A stretch of DNA of 64,000 nt from Candidatus Taenariivivens baikalensis (lineage in GTDB: Bacteria; Omnitrophota; Omnitrophia; Omnitrophales; Aquincolibacteriaceae), in contig SICL01000001.1 in the NCBI GenBank assembly GCA_009691445.1, positions 129,738 through 193,737 of the forward strand, given 5' to 3'. Below, one piece after another: positions 1-10,430 of this stretch; position 1 is the stretch's first letter; the number at the start of each line of letters is the position of its first letter. The position numbers and the translations under genes are program-made. Below the pieces are notes generated by a model, which was not told where the DNA came from, made no database searches, and worked only from the letters and a program-made list of their open reading frames with translations.

Positions 1-798
1 AAGCCCCCTCCGTTGAACCTCGCTGCGAATTTCGTTTTCCAGAGGCCCGCCCCCCACTAAAACGAGCATGGCTTCCGGAACTTCCTTAATCACCCTCTGA
101 AAAGCGTCCAAACAAAGAATGTGTCCCTTTTCAGGGGTCATCCGAGAAACATACCCCACCAAGGGGCGTCCTTCCGGAATTCCAAATTCGATTTTAATTC
201 GGGAAACATCCTTTTCAAGATGAATAAATCGCGACATTTCAATCCCGCTATAAATTGTAGTAAATTTTTCAGGAGGAGCGATTCGGTAACGAATATAGTC
301 CACCTTTTCACTTTCATTGAGGGTGATAATTTTATCCGTAAAAGAGGCGGTGGCTCGTTCAATCATGGAAAAAAAATTGAGGATAATCTCCGGATAATAG
401 GTCGGATGATAGATGCTCCCGCGCGGCGAATGGACAATCACGGGAACACCGGCCAAATGCGCCGCCCAGCGGCCAATAATTCCCGCCTTCGATGTATGGG
501 TATGAATCAACTGGACAGGATACTTTCGCATATAACTCCATAATCGATAGAGCGCCATCAGATCCTGAAAAGGAAGAATACGGCGTCTGAATTCGGGAAT
601 ATAAAGACGCGTCAAACGAGCATGATCTTTAGGAAGCATCTTTAAAAGCGACTCATCCCCCGGGCCATGCGCAAAGACGACGTCGTATCCCTCGCGGAGT
701 AAGCGAAGCACGATCAGAACCGTGACTTCCTGGGCCCCGCCGCGGATCAAACGAGTGATGACTTCCATCACCCTCGGCCTTTGTTTGGGCTTGTTCAT
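1..798 (-). CDS. GT4-family glycosyltransferase, partial; the 3' end runs off the window
   Basis: Translating the reverse complement from the ATG at 798 gives MNKPKQRPRVMEVITRLIRGGAQEV...HTHTSKAGIIGRWAA...LVLVGGGPLENEIRSEVQRRGL, which has GT4 hallmarks. It stays open to position 1. Its ATG overlaps the TGA stop of the upstream gene in an ATGA arrangement. It is absent from the ORF track because it has no stop inside the window. Confidence 0.7.
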   Translation of the reverse strand, partial: MNKPKQRPRVMEVITRLIRGGAQEVTVLIVLRLLREGYDVVFAHGPGDESLLKMLPKDHARLTRLYIPEFRRRILPFQDLMALYRLWSYMRKYPVQLIHTHTSKAGIIGRWAAHLAGVPVIVHSPRGSIYHPTYYPEIILNFFSMIERATASFTDKIITLNESEKVDYIRYRIAPPEKFTTIYSGIEMSRFIHLEKDVSRIKIEFGIPEGRPLVGYVSRMTPEKGHILCLDAFQRVIKEVPEAMLVLVGGGPLENEIRSEVQRRGL

Positions 799-2051
799 AA
801 TTTTTCCTTTAAAATCAATTCCGACATTGTTTCAGCACGGTCTTTCCAGGTATTATGTTGCGCTATTTTTTTTCTTCGTTCAATCCAATCCGTACTTACT
901 TCTGAAAGAGCTGTCTGCACTAATATTAAAAATTCTGTTCTACTTTTTGCGACTTTAACAAGATCGGCAGGAAATTCATGCGCAGCGGGGAAATCGGTGG
1001 TCACAACGGGCTTACCGTTAGCAAGGTGCTCATACAATCGGGTCGGACAGCAGTATCGAATATGCTCGGTCAGAAGAAAACTAACAACGCAAATATCAAT
1101 CATTTTATAATAGGCGGGAAGTTCAGAATAGTTTTTAGGCCCAAGCAAATAAATATTCGAAATCCCCTGAATTTTTTGGAGTTGGGCATCATATCCAATC
1201 GGCCCAATCATCACGATAGAACCTTTTGGATATTGCTTGGCTAAATCAATGAGCGGACCCCAATCAATCCAGCTCGACACCGCCCCAATCATCCCAATCA
1301 CCGGACGGGGTAAATGGCATAGATCGAGAGGCGGCGTCCCCATCGGTTCCGTTTCATAGTCCGTAAAATTAACACCGTGAGGAAGATAATAGCTGTTTTT
1401 GTTAAAAATTTTCTTTTTCTCTAAAAGCATTCGGTTGCTGGCAAAAACAATATCTGATTTTCGGAAAAGCTGATCGTCCATCTCCTGATACGCGCCGCCT
1501 CGAAATCCGGGATAAGTCGACCATTCATCGACCGCATGATAAATCACCTTTTTTTCATCCAAATAACCAATCGTATCGGATGCCGTAGGCAAGTAAAACC
1601 ACAAGATTGGGTTTTGAAGTTTCAGCTTTCGTATCAGGGAGCGAAAAACACATATCAGAATCATCTGATTAAGTTTTCTTACCCAGGCAATATTAAAAAA
1701 AGGAATCACAATCGGCGAATAAACCCAGAGCTGCTGATCCGGTTCGAGATCCGATGGGCGCACCGGACCCCTCAAACATTTACCCAACCGCTTAAGAATC
1801 ATGGCGAGATGCATCCGATTCATTCCGGGATTTCGCGACCCGATGGTCTCGACAAATAAAACCCGATTGGAACGAGAAAGAATCTCCATCAGGCAGCGCT
1901 TGCTGGTCTTATTTCTCCCCACCCACTCAGTCGATGAAAAACAAATGATATTTTCACCCTCTAGCACGGGCACCCCCCGACGAGACCGTTTCAAAAATTT
2001 GGCGGATAGTTTCTCCAGTTCGATTCCAGGTTTGGCTAAGCGCGTAGGCAC
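795..2051 (-). CDS. Glycosyltransferase (GT1/GT4-like, TuaH-type N-terminus NIICFSSTEW)
   Basis: 418-aa ORF with conserved ICFSS..W and GT-B C-terminal motifs. It overlaps the upstream GT by up to 98 nt, so the real start may be an internal GTG/ATG. Confidence 0.65.
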   Translation of the reverse strand: MPTRLAKPGIELEKLSAKFLKRSRRGVPVLEGENIICFSSTEWVGRNKTSKRCLMEILSRSNRVLFVETIGSRNPGMNRMHLAMILKRLGKCLRGPVRPSDLEPDQQLWVYSPIVIPFFNIAWVRKLNQMILICVFRSLIRKLKLQNPILWFYLPTASDTIGYLDEKKVIYHAVDEWSTYPGFRGGAYQEMDDQLFRKSDIVFASNRMLLEKKKIFNKNSYYLPHGVNFTDYETEPMGTPPLDLCHLPRPVIGMIGAVSSWIDWGPLIDLAKQYPKGSIVMIGPIGYDAQLQKIQGISNIYLLGPKNYSELPAYYKMIDICVVSFLLTEHIRYCCPTRLYEHLANGKPVVTTDFPAAHEFPADLVKVAKSRTEFLILVQTALSEVSTDWIERRKKIAQHNTWKDRAETMSELILKEKL

Positions 2052-3102
2052 GCCCCTGCTCGCTCAGATTTTTTCGCAGTTCATCATTCTGGATTAACTC
2101 GCTCATTTTCGATGCAATCTCGTCAACATTTTCAGGATCCACCAAAACCCCAGTTCCGCCATCTTGGATCACTTCCGGAATCGCCCCGCTTCTACCGCCG
2201 ATGACCACGCATCCGCAGGCTGCTGCCTCGAGAATCACAAGCCCAAATCCTTCCGCATCGCCCTTTTCTTCCCTCGCCAAGAAAAGGAAAACTTCGGCCA
2301 GATTATAAACATCCACGAGTTCGTGTTCTTCCAGGGCTCCCGCAAAACGAACGATACTGCCCACACCAAGATTAATCGCCAAAGCACTAAGCGATTCCCG
2401 GTCAGGACCATCGCCCGCGATGAGAAGCATCACATCATTACGCCCGGCAAAAGCTTTGGCGAAGGACTCAATCGCTCGATCATACCCCTTTCGACGAACC
2501 AGTCGTCCAAGGCAAAGGAACACTCGTCGACCCTCAAGACCATACCTTTTTATTAAATTTTTGTTACGCGCCTTTATCTTGAACCGGGAACAATCGACTC
2601 CCAGAGTGGTAATCGCACAACGTGCGTTAGGCGCAACGGCCAATACCCGCGCTAAAGCATACTCCGAGATACATAGAACACGAGAGCTGCTCTCATAAAT
2701 TATTCGGGCAAGCCATCGGCGAAAAAAAAAGGAATTTCGCATAGGAATCTCGCTTGCATAGGCAAAGATGCAGTAAGGTTTTCCAAAAAAATATTTTAAA
2801 ATTGGACCCAGGATCCCCATCGGCGACAAAGTAGAAATAACCACGAGCGGTATTGAATACCTGCGTATTTGGCTCACCGACTCAAGCAGCCAAATCAATA
2901 ATTGCGCCGTTTTCCCCAACCAAGAGGCATTTAGATCAACCGTAAGGCGGATCACGTTAGATTCTTTTTTTGCTTCCGAGTGATCACAAGCAAGAACAAC
3001 CAATTTTCCCTTCTCAAAACTCCGGCAAAAATGTTCGATCACACGTGCAATTCCGCCACGCATGGGCGAATGATCCGTCGAAATTAATAAAATATCGGCC
3101 AC
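1954..3102 (-). CDS. GT4 glycosyltransferase
   Basis: EX7E-type motif EGFGLVILEAAACG and ILLISTDHSPMRGGIAR N-terminus. The start was re-assigned to the GTG at 3102 (VADILLI...), which sits 1 nt after the asnB stop. The track start at 3201 would overlap asnB by 98 nt. Confidence 0.75.
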   Translation of the reverse strand: MADILLISTDHSPMRGGIARVIEHFCRSFEKGKLVVLACDHSEAKKESNVIRLTVDLNASWLGKTAQLLIWLLESVSQIRRYSIPLVVISTLSPMGILGPILKYFFGKPYCIFAYASEIPMRNSFFFRRWLARIIYESSSRVLCISEYALARVLAVAPNARCAITTLGVDCSRFKIKARNKNLIKRYGLEGRRVFLCLGRLVRRKGYDRAIESFAKAFAGRNDVMLLIAGDGPDRESLSALAINLGVGSIVRFAGALEEHELVDVYNLAEVFLFLAREEKGDAEGFGLVILEAAACGCVVIGGRSGAIPEVIQDGGTGVLVDPENVDEIASKMSELIQNDELRKNLSEQGRAYALSQTWNRTGETIRQIFETVSSGGARARG

Positions 3103-3103
3103 A

Positions 3104-5011
3104 TTACCACCTAGGTTCCAAAGGGATCGTATCAATAAATGTCCGGTGCCAAAGCTCAAACATAAGCAAACTCCAAAGCCGGTGGCCATTTTGCGCTTCA
3201 CCCGACTGATGCTGCGCCCAAATTCGGTGAATTTCTGACGAATTAAAATAAGATCGGCCGATCGTTTGGGGATCGAGCAAAATCTGCTCCGCTGTTTTTT
3301 TTAGTTCCCCGCGAAACCATTGAGAAATGGGAACCCCAAAACCTTGTTTGGGTCGATCTAAAATATCCTGCGGAAGTTTTGACCGCATCATTCGTTTTAG
3401 AAGATATTTAGTTACACCCGATCGAAGTTTATATTGAAAAGGAAGGGATGCTGCAAACTCAATAATGCGATGATCGAGAAATGGCGAGCGAGCCTCTAAC
3501 CCGTAGGCCATCGTGGCTCGATCCATTTTTACCAAAAGATCCCCTGGAAGATAACTTAAAAGCTCCAGAAGTAAAAATCCATCCAAGGGTTCTGAAAACT
3601 CCCCCGTATGGTAGTGGTTTTGAATGAGAAGTTCCGGCTTGAAATCTGCCATGGAATTCAAAAAATCTTTCTGGAATAGAGCACGGCGATCACGTTCTCG
3701 AAACTGAATCATATGACGAAAATAACCTGCTTCAAGACTTCCTTTTGACAGATCTTCCAATATCCCGGTTACGTGCGATCGAGGACCCATCTTTTGGATC
3801 CGCCCTGAAACAGCCCGAAGCATTCCATTCAAAATTCCATAAATTTCTTTGGGAATTCGCTGTAAGGATTGCCATTGCTTCAAGGCATTAAAACGAGTGT
3901 ATCCACAGAAATTCTCATCTCCCCCGTCACCATTCAAAACAACGGTGACGTCTTTTCTCGCCATTTGAGCGACATAAAAGGAGGGCAATGCTGAGACATC
4001 CGAGAATGGCTGATCATAGTGCCAGACAAGCCTCGACATCATATCCGCGGCGTTGGGCCTTAAAACATATTCATGATGATCGGTTTGAAATTGATCGGCT
4101 ATTCTTCGGGCGTGAGGAAGTTCATTGTAGTCCATGTCCTCAAAGCCCACGGAAAAGGTTTTTACTTTACGGGATGAAAGCTCGCTCATCAACGCAACAA
4201 TGATACTGGAATCGATGCCGCCACTAAGAAAAGCGCCCAGAGGAACATCACTAATCATCCGCACTCGTGTGGACTCTTTTAACTTCTCCCACAAAACCTC
4301 CGAGGCCTCGTCTTCGGTAAGAGTTAATTTTTTAAGAAGTGACGGCTTCCAATAACGTTCAATTTCGAGTTTACCGTCATGCCATTCGAGGTAAGAGGCT
4401 GGCGGCAATTCAAAGACATGCCGGAATGCTGTCAAAGGATAATGTACGTAGGTGTAAGCAAAAAAAGAGCTGACAGCTTTGGGTTCTACTTCGCGGGGAA
4501 ATCCCGGAGCTTGAAGGATCGCTTTAATTTCAGATCCAAAATAAAGAGAACCTCTCCAAACCCCATAAAAAAAAGGCTTTTTTCCAATCCGATCACGAGC
4601 CGCAAAAAGCTTTCTTTCGCGAGCATCCCAAATAGCAAAAGCAAACATCCCGACAAAATCCTGGACGCATTCTTTACCTTTTGTGATAAAACTCTGAAGA
4701 AGAACCTCGGTATCCGAAGAGGTGCGAAACGTGCAGCCCTTTTTCTCCAGATCATGTCGGAGTTCTTGGAAATTATAGATTTCGCCATTAAAGACCAACG
4801 TATATCGCTGCGAGGGGTCCTGCATAGGCTGTTTTCCCGTCTCAATGTCGATCACACTGAGACGCTGATGGCCCAAACCAACTCCGGATGCCAGAAAAAT
4901 ATTCTCTTCGTCCGGACCGCGATGCTTCAAAACCCGAATCATGCGCTCTAAAGGTAAACGTTCCGGGAGTTGATCAGATTGGTGAGAGACGATGCCGCAG
5001 ATGCCGCACAT
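3104..5011 (-). CDS. asnB: Asparagine synthetase (glutamine-hydrolysing)
   Basis: N-terminal MCGI nucleophile Cys (class II glutamine amidotransferase) and the SGGIDSS PP-loop; 635 aa. Confidence 0.9.
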   Translation of the reverse strand: MCGICGIVSHQSDQLPERLPLERMIRVLKHRGPDEENIFLASGVGLGHQRLSVIDIETGKQPMQDPSQRYTLVFNGEIYNFQELRHDLEKKGCTFRTSSDTEVLLQSFITKGKECVQDFVGMFAFAIWDARERKLFAARDRIGKKPFFYGVWRGSLYFGSEIKAILQAPGFPREVEPKAVSSFFAYTYVHYPLTAFRHVFELPPASYLEWHDGKLEIERYWKPSLLKKLTLTEDEASEVLWEKLKESTRVRMISDVPLGAFLSGGIDSSIIVALMSELSSRKVKTFSVGFEDMDYNELPHARRIADQFQTDHHEYVLRPNAADMMSRLVWHYDQPFSDVSALPSFYVAQMARKDVTVVLNGDGGDENFCGYTRFNALKQWQSLQRIPKEIYGILNGMLRAVSGRIQKMGPRSHVTGILEDLSKGSLEAGYFRHMIQFRERDRRALFQKDFLNSMADFKPELLIQNHYHTGEFSEPLDGFLLLELLSYLPGDLLVKMDRATMAYGLEARSPFLDHRIIEFAASLPFQYKLRSGVTKYLLKRMMRSKLPQDILDRPKQGFGVPISQWFRGELKKTAEQILLDPQTIGRSYFNSSEIHRIWAQHQSGEAQNGHRLWSLLMFELWHRTFIDTIPLEPRW

Positions 5012-5014
5012 AGA

Positions 5015-5722
5015 TCAGGAAGTCCGCGTCCGCTTAATCGCTCTTACCGTAAATAGGAAAGGATAGTCAGGATCATAATCTTCTAGGTTGGCTTTAGGGA
5101 TCTCCTCTAAAGAAAAGCCATACAAAAAACACGTTCCGACCATCACATTTCCATACGAATTAACGAGAATATTGGAGGCTCCAAATACATTGGAAAAACC
5201 TCGAACGACCGAATCTTGCCGAAAACGCCAGTACTCTTTCCAAGATTCGGTTTTTGCCACACTCGTCTGACTCACAGCGGGAAGTGTCGCGAGTAAAACG
5301 CCGCCCTCCTTAAGCATCTGATAGGCTCCTCGAATCCCCCTTTCAAAATCATAGATATACTGAAATGTCTGCGGACAAATAAAACAATCGAAACCGTCGC
5401 GAGGCAAAGTTTCATGACGCTCCAAATCTCCCCAGATCGTCGACGGACTATCCTTTTTTTCATAGTGAAGGATGGTCATTGTTTTGACCTCTTTCCCAAA
5501 CCGAGGTCCGTAAGCCGGACTACCTATCTCTAATACATCCCCATGAATATCATGTCTATGGCAGGCCATAAAACGATCAATGTAATAGCGGTCAATCGGC
5601 GTCCCACGTTCTGATCCAAATTGCCGGCTAATGGGACAAGATGGGAGAAGAAACTTAAAGAAATAAAAACGCCTAGAAAATACCGATTTTATCCAACGCA
5701 TCATCTGCAGAATCAATCCCAT
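5015..5722 (-). CDS. Class I SAM-dependent methyltransferase
   Basis: VLEIGS motif I and the methyltransferase fold pattern; sits inside the glycan operon. Confidence 0.7.
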   Translation of the reverse strand: MGLILQMMRWIKSVFSRRFYFFKFLLPSCPISRQFGSERGTPIDRYYIDRFMACHRHDIHGDVLEIGSPAYGPRFGKEVKTMTILHYEKKDSPSTIWGDLERHETLPRDGFDCFICPQTFQYIYDFERGIRGAYQMLKEGGVLLATLPAVSQTSVAKTESWKEYWRFRQDSVVRGFSNVFGASNILVNSYGNVMVGTCFLYGFSLEEIPKANLEDYDPDYPFLFTVRAIKRTRTS

Positions 5723-5816
5723 AACCCCTCTAAAACGTTGGTTTATTATCGGCTATTGACACTTAAAAATGCACCGGAAAGTTGGGCTTTGGGCAGACGA
5801 AATTTGAGAGTTACCT

Positions 5817-7346
5817 TTACCCCGCGGGCGCGGAGCTTTTTGATGAAACGGCCGACTTGAGAAAATTTTGAATCAACGTCTTGAGATCGATCTTGAGAGA
5901 GGTTAAATTACTCAGATTTATTCCATGAAAAATATAGTAGCCGGTCAGATAGATCATTCCTCCGCAGGGAATCTGGATAAAAAGATAAAGCATATTCGGA
6001 CAGCGAAACGCCTCAAGAAGATTTCCAAGAAGAACCATACCGAGCATCAAAAAGAACCCAGCACCAAGATACGGAAGAATAATCTTAAGCGAGTTAACAG
6101 GATACTGGGAGAGTTCTTTTTCAACCAACCAGGTAGGTATCACCCATCCCACGGCCTTACTGACAATTAAAGCAACGATAAAACCTGTCACCCCCAAGGA
6201 CTTAAGAAAATAGATTAAACCCAAAAACACAAAAAGCTCAATCAACAAGAAGGCAAAGCTTTTTCGGAACTTTCCAAGGCCATACAGCACGGTTTGACTC
6301 GGCGCCGCGAGTGCACGGATCAAACCGTGAAGACAAAGCATCTGGCACAGACTCACTGCTGGCTGCCACTTCGGACCCAGAATGACGGGGATCAACTGAG
6401 GGGCCAAGACAACGAGGTACATCGAAAAAGGGACTGCGAGGAGTGCGACCCGATGCAAATACTCGGTATAGGCTTTGGCCACTCGGGAGCGGTCTGATTC
6501 TATCTTGGAAACCGCAGGAAAAACCACACGTCCAGCAAATTGAACGGCATAGGTTACAAAAAAATTAGACCAGTTAAAGGCAAGATAAAAATATCCGACT
6601 CGAGAAAGTCCGAACCGATCCGCTACAAAAAACTGAACCAAACGGGACAAGGCGAAATAAAGCAACGTAATCAGGAGACCATATTTGGATTTGTCCCAGA
6701 TTTTTTTCGCCAGAAGCCAATCCCATTCTAACGAGAGTTTTTCAGGCTTTTGAAGGTTGAGAAAAATCACGCGGAAAAACTGGCTCGCAATCGTCGAAAT
6801 GACGAGACTCCAATAACCATAGCCGCGCCAGGCAAGAACAAAAGCAATCCCGGAGGAAGCAATCTGCGCCAACGTCTCAGAATGAATAAACTTTTCGAAT
6901 CTCAACCCCTTCTTGAAGGACATCTCGGTTTTAAAGGCGATCAGATTAGTCAATACCGTCAAAGACACCACCCTGAGAGGGAAAGCTAGTTTTGGTGTTT
7001 TCACAAGGAGTGCTAGATATTCTGCCCCCAGGAAAAGCACTAAGAATGCAAAAAAAGTGAAAAAAATACGCATGACAAAGCCGGTCTGAATCACCTTACC
7101 CGGTTCATCGGCCTGAGTTTGAATCACAGCATCTTCAATGCCCATGTCGGAAAAAATCATGGCAAACATCAGGTAGGATTCGCAGAGAGCAAAAAGCCCA
7201 AAATCTTTGGAACTCAGAAAACGGTAGAGTAAAACGGAGACGACAAAAGACAAGCCCTTCTTAAAAAGCTGGACGCCCGCAACGGCTCCAAGACTTTTAA
7301 CCGTCTTGGCCCGTAGACCTGGTTTTGATGGTTCTGAGTGATTCAT
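5817..7346 (-). CDS. Wzx-like polysaccharide flippase (MOP superfamily)
   Basis: 509 aa, about 12-14 predicted TM helices, with a family-typical N-terminus (KSLGAVAGVQLFKKGLSFVVSVLLYRFL). Confidence 0.7.
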   Translation of the reverse strand: MNHSEPSKPGLRAKTVKSLGAVAGVQLFKKGLSFVVSVLLYRFLSSKDFGLFALCESYLMFAMIFSDMGIEDAVIQTQADEPGKVIQTGFVMRIFFTFFAFLVLFLGAEYLALLVKTPKLAFPLRVVSLTVLTNLIAFKTEMSFKKGLRFEKFIHSETLAQIASSGIAFVLAWRGYGYWSLVISTIASQFFRVIFLNLQKPEKLSLEWDWLLAKKIWDKSKYGLLITLLYFALSRLVQFFVADRFGLSRVGYFYLAFNWSNFFVTYAVQFAGRVVFPAVSKIESDRSRVAKAYTEYLHRVALLAVPFSMYLVVLAPQLIPVILGPKWQPAVSLCQMLCLHGLIRALAAPSQTVLYGLGKFRKSFAFLLIELFVFLGLIYFLKSLGVTGFIVALIVSKAVGWVIPTWLVEKELSQYPVNSLKIILPYLGAGFFLMLGMVLLGNLLEAFRCPNMLYLFIQIPCGGMIYLTGYYIFHGINLSNLTSLKIDLKTLIQNFLKSAVSSKSSAPAG

Positions 7347-7356
7347 AATCCTTAAA

Positions 7357-8562
7357 TTAATTGAGCAATTCTAGCGTTAACTGAGCGGCTTTTTTCAAAG
7401 GAAACTCGGTTTTGATATATTCCACCGCCCGAGACATATCATCCGAGGTCTTAATAGGAATAGCCTTTAATATGGCTGCGGCAAGACCTTTTCCATTGAC
7501 CACATCCAGCTTAAGCATGCAACCCGGCGGGTAATCCCGGAAAAGATCCGGGTCTCCATTCATAATCACGGGAACCCCGCACGCAATATATTCCTTAAAT
7601 TTCAATGCTGCTTCCGCTTGAAACGCCTTAATCGGCTTAAGCAAGGCAACTCCGACATTCATTGCACTTAGATAACTAGGAATTTCATGATGAGGCACCC
7701 AACCGAAAAATCTGACTCGGTCTAAATAAGGAAAATCCTTAAATTTCACCTGAAGAGTTTCAAGCCTTCTTCCTCCCCCTACTATATGGAGCTCAATATT
7801 ACAATTCTCTTCAATCAGAACTTTTAAAGCGTCAAATAAAACATCTATTTCGTGGGTTGGTTGAAACGATCCCAAATATCCAAAAACAATTCGTGATTCG
7901 GGAATATTTAGTTTTTTCCGGCATTCACGCTGATTCAAAGGGTGGAAAATCGTCGAATCGACATACATGCTAACAACCTTAAAGTGCTCTTTGGGAATTC
8001 GAAACTCTTCACAGAGCTCATCTCTCCACGAAGCTGTGTTCGAAGTCAAACCCCGCGCTGTTTTGAACAGAAAAGTTCTCCATATCTTTCTCCAAATTGA
8101 AACAACCCAGCGTATCGCTGGGTTCACCTTCGCAAAACTGGGAAAATGCGAGTGAAAGCCATCCCGGGAAATGTAATCAATGTCAAGTGGTCCGTTCATG
8201 TCCACGAGCAACGGTACCCGAAAAAGACAAGCGCATAGCAGCGTCGAAAGATTCCCTTCCGCTTCACGAATTAAAAACACATCAGGACGAAACACGAGGA
8301 ATGCATAACATAAATAAAAAAAAGAAAAAAAATCAAACGCCATTTCTTGCAAAGATCCAAAGCCAAAAAAAGGTAAAAAAATAGACTCCTTAAGGTCAGG
8401 AATCATATTTTTTTTGGGAGGACGAGGACAAAGCAAAAGCGTTTTAACCCCAAGGTCGTTAAACCCCTTGATAAGATTCATGGTGTGAACCGCCGGGCCT
8501 TCCGGCGCCGCCAGCTCAACCATGGCATAATAAAGAACTTTTATCGTTTTATCGCTTTTCAT
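7357..8562 (-). CDS. Glycosyltransferase family 1 (GT-B)
   Basis: 401 aa; C-terminal GT-B region (VGGG...FGWVPHHEIPSYLSAMNVGV...ACGVPVI). ATGA overlap with the upstream FkbM gene. Confidence 0.6.
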   Translation of the reverse strand: MKSDKTIKVLYYAMVELAAPEGPAVHTMNLIKGFNDLGVKTLLLCPRPPKKNMIPDLKESIFLPFFGFGSLQEMAFDFFSFFYLCYAFLVFRPDVFLIREAEGNLSTLLCACLFRVPLLVDMNGPLDIDYISRDGFHSHFPSFAKVNPAIRWVVSIWRKIWRTFLFKTARGLTSNTASWRDELCEEFRIPKEHFKVVSMYVDSTIFHPLNQRECRKKLNIPESRIVFGYLGSFQPTHEIDVLFDALKVLIEENCNIELHIVGGGRRLETLQVKFKDFPYLDRVRFFGWVPHHEIPSYLSAMNVGVALLKPIKAFQAEAALKFKEYIACGVPVIMNGDPDLFRDYPPGCMLKLDVVNGKGLAAAILKAIPIKTSDDMSRAVEYIKTEFPLKKAAQLTLELLN

Positions 8563-9479
8563 TTTGCGCAGTACAAATCGACATGATTATCGTTCTCTTT
8601 CCCTAACTCCGATAATGGTAGAGATTTCAACCATTCACTTTCGTTGGCAGCGTGATAGTTAATCTGGAATATTTTAAATTCAAAATTAGATAGCATCGCT
8701 AAATACTCTTTGGCAGAGGTTCCCGCATCTCGAAGGCGTTTGTAATTTAATTCCGTAAACAGATGGATTCCCTGCCGGCCCAAAAGTTTTGTAATGCCCC
8801 GAGCAGCAAACATTTCAAAACCTTCAATATCCATTTTGATCACTCGGATACGGTTCAATGCCTCCGGCACTTGCTCTTGAAGATAATCTTCAACTCGAAC
8901 GCATCGGACTACTTGAGAAATTTTTTCTTTACCCGTTGAAAAAAGAATTCGATCGCTCGTATCCCCTTCAAGGTTTCCATACAAGCGACAGTCTTCGTTT
9001 TTTTCTCCGGCGGCACATTGGTACGGAAGGATCTTACCCTCCATCTGATTTTCTCGAATATTTTTCAGGAGAAGTTTAAAATTGGTTTCGTCGGGCTCAA
9101 AGGCATAGACGCGACCACTTCCATTCAACTTTTTGGCTGCTAGCAGTGAGTAATAACCAAAGTGAGCGCCGATATCCAGCACATCCATTCCGGGTGTGAT
9201 TATTTTTTCAAACTGTCGAGTCACATGCGGCTCCCAGATCTTATTAGCAAAAATCAGGGGCGAAATCGTGGGATCGTTTTCAAGCAGTCTTAAGGAAAAC
9301 GAGACCTGGTTGGTTTGAATTTGCACCATCGCATTGGGAGGAGTCATGGGCGGGGTCCCAATCCATTCAAAAATTCGGGCAAAAGCTGGAAAACGACTGC
9401 CCACCCCCCACCCGGGTGATAAGAATTTAAAAAACCGATGCCCCACGTCTTTCAAGGTTCTCTGAATCATATAAAGCAT
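8559..9479 (-). CDS. FkbM-family methyltransferase
   Basis: DIGAHFGYYSLLAAK...VYAFEPDETNF...IKMDIEGFE is the classic FkbM domain signature. Confidence 0.8.
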   Translation of the reverse strand: MLYMIQRTLKDVGHRFFKFLSPGWGVGSRFPAFARIFEWIGTPPMTPPNAMVQIQTNQVSFSLRLLENDPTISPLIFANKIWEPHVTRQFEKIITPGMDVLDIGAHFGYYSLLAAKKLNGSGRVYAFEPDETNFKLLLKNIRENQMEGKILPYQCAAGEKNEDCRLYGNLEGDTSDRILFSTGKEKISQVVRCVRVEDYLQEQVPEALNRIRVIKMDIEGFEMFAARGITKLLGRQGIHLFTELNYKRLRDAGTSAKEYLAMLSNFEFKIFQINYHAANESEWLKSLPLSELGKENDNHVDLYCAK

Positions 9480-9482
9480 AGC

Positions 9483-10430
9483 TTATTTTTTCTTAAGAGC
9501 ATAGACGGTAATCGCTCTCTCCTTATTTTGAAATAAATGGGCGAGTAGGTTCTCTATTTGATTGAGGGCTCGGATCCAGAGACGAGAATTACGAAGATAG
9601 GGAACGGGAAGAGCTGCCCATTGCATCACATTCCATGAGGCAAAACTTTTGAATCCGAAAATTTCAAGAGTACGCTGAACCGTGAAATAGTCATAAATAT
9701 TAACATGTTCCACAGGATTAAAATGCTGACTGAGAAGTGGTTTTCCCAAAGCGGAATTATTAATGTTTTTCCGGATAAAGGTGGGCCGAAAATCCATGGT
9801 GGAAAGAACCAGTACCCCTCCCGGTTTTAATTTGTTATAAGCCAGCCTCATAAGATCTTGGCCCTCCTGAACATGTTCAATGACGGCGTTTAGGATAAAT
9901 ACATCCACAGGCTCAAGGGCTTCCAACTCTTCCTGAGTTTGAAGGATGCGGTTCCCCCGTTTTAATGCCCCTTCAATTTTAAGGCGGTCGAGTTCAAATC
10001 CAAAAGTTTCAACACCCGGACCTCGGTAAACATCCAGCGAATCGCCCCACCCGCATCCAAAATCAAGAACACGCAGCCCTTCGACATATTCCTTCCCATG
10101 GATGGCAAAAATTCGCAGTACATTTTCCCATTGTCGGATCAAATAAAGACGTCTTTCTAAACGGAAAATTTTACGCACACTCATCGCATGATCGATGGTT
10201 TGTTCATAAACTTGACTCAGAATCGTATCCGGCCATCGAAATTTGCAGTAAATCATTCCACAGGAACACTGAGAGTAAATTAGCTGATTCTCATAACCTT
10301 GGAGGGCATCCCTGAATCGTTTTAGCTCGTAACCAACGTTCAGCGACACCACGTCTTCAGGCGTCAAGGAAAGGATCGGCAGGGAGTCGTTTTTTAGGCA
10401 GAGGGGACACAAACGTTCGGGAAGATTCAT
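9483..10430 (-). CDS. SAM-dependent methyltransferase with N-terminal zinc-ribbon (putative sugar C-/O-methyltransferase)
   Basis: CPLC...CSCGMIYC zinc-binding N-terminus, then the LDFGCGWG motif I. Start re-assigned to the ATG at 10430 (MNLPERL), which makes an ATGA overlap with the upstream GT2 stop. Confidence 0.7.
   Translation of the reverse strand: MNLPERLCPLCLKNDSLPILSLTPEDVVSLNVGYELKRFRDALQGYENQLIYSQCSCGMIYCKFRWPDTILSQVYEQTIDHAMSVRKIFRLERRLYLIRQWENVLRIFAIHGKEYVEGLRVLDFGCGWGDSLDVYRGPGVETFGFELDRLKIEGALKRGNRILQTQEELEALEPVDVFILNAVIEHVQEGQDLMRLAYNKLKPGGVLVLSTMDFRPTFIRKNINNSALGKPLLSQHFNPVEHVNIYDYFTVQRTLEIFGFKSFASWNVMQWAALPVPYLRNSRLWIRALNQIENLLAHLFQNKERAITVYALKKK

Noticed and set aside
1-80. 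Apparent frameshift in the partial GT4 gene at the window edge. I first read …VLVGAGLWKTKFAARFNGGG instead of the GT4 consensus …VGGGPLENEIRSEVQRRGL.
   Set aside because: Re-reading the raw bases shows the G run is six G's (GTGGGGGGCGGG), not five. The in-frame translation from the ATG at 798 then gives the consensus directly. There is no frameshift; the earlier reading was my transcription error.
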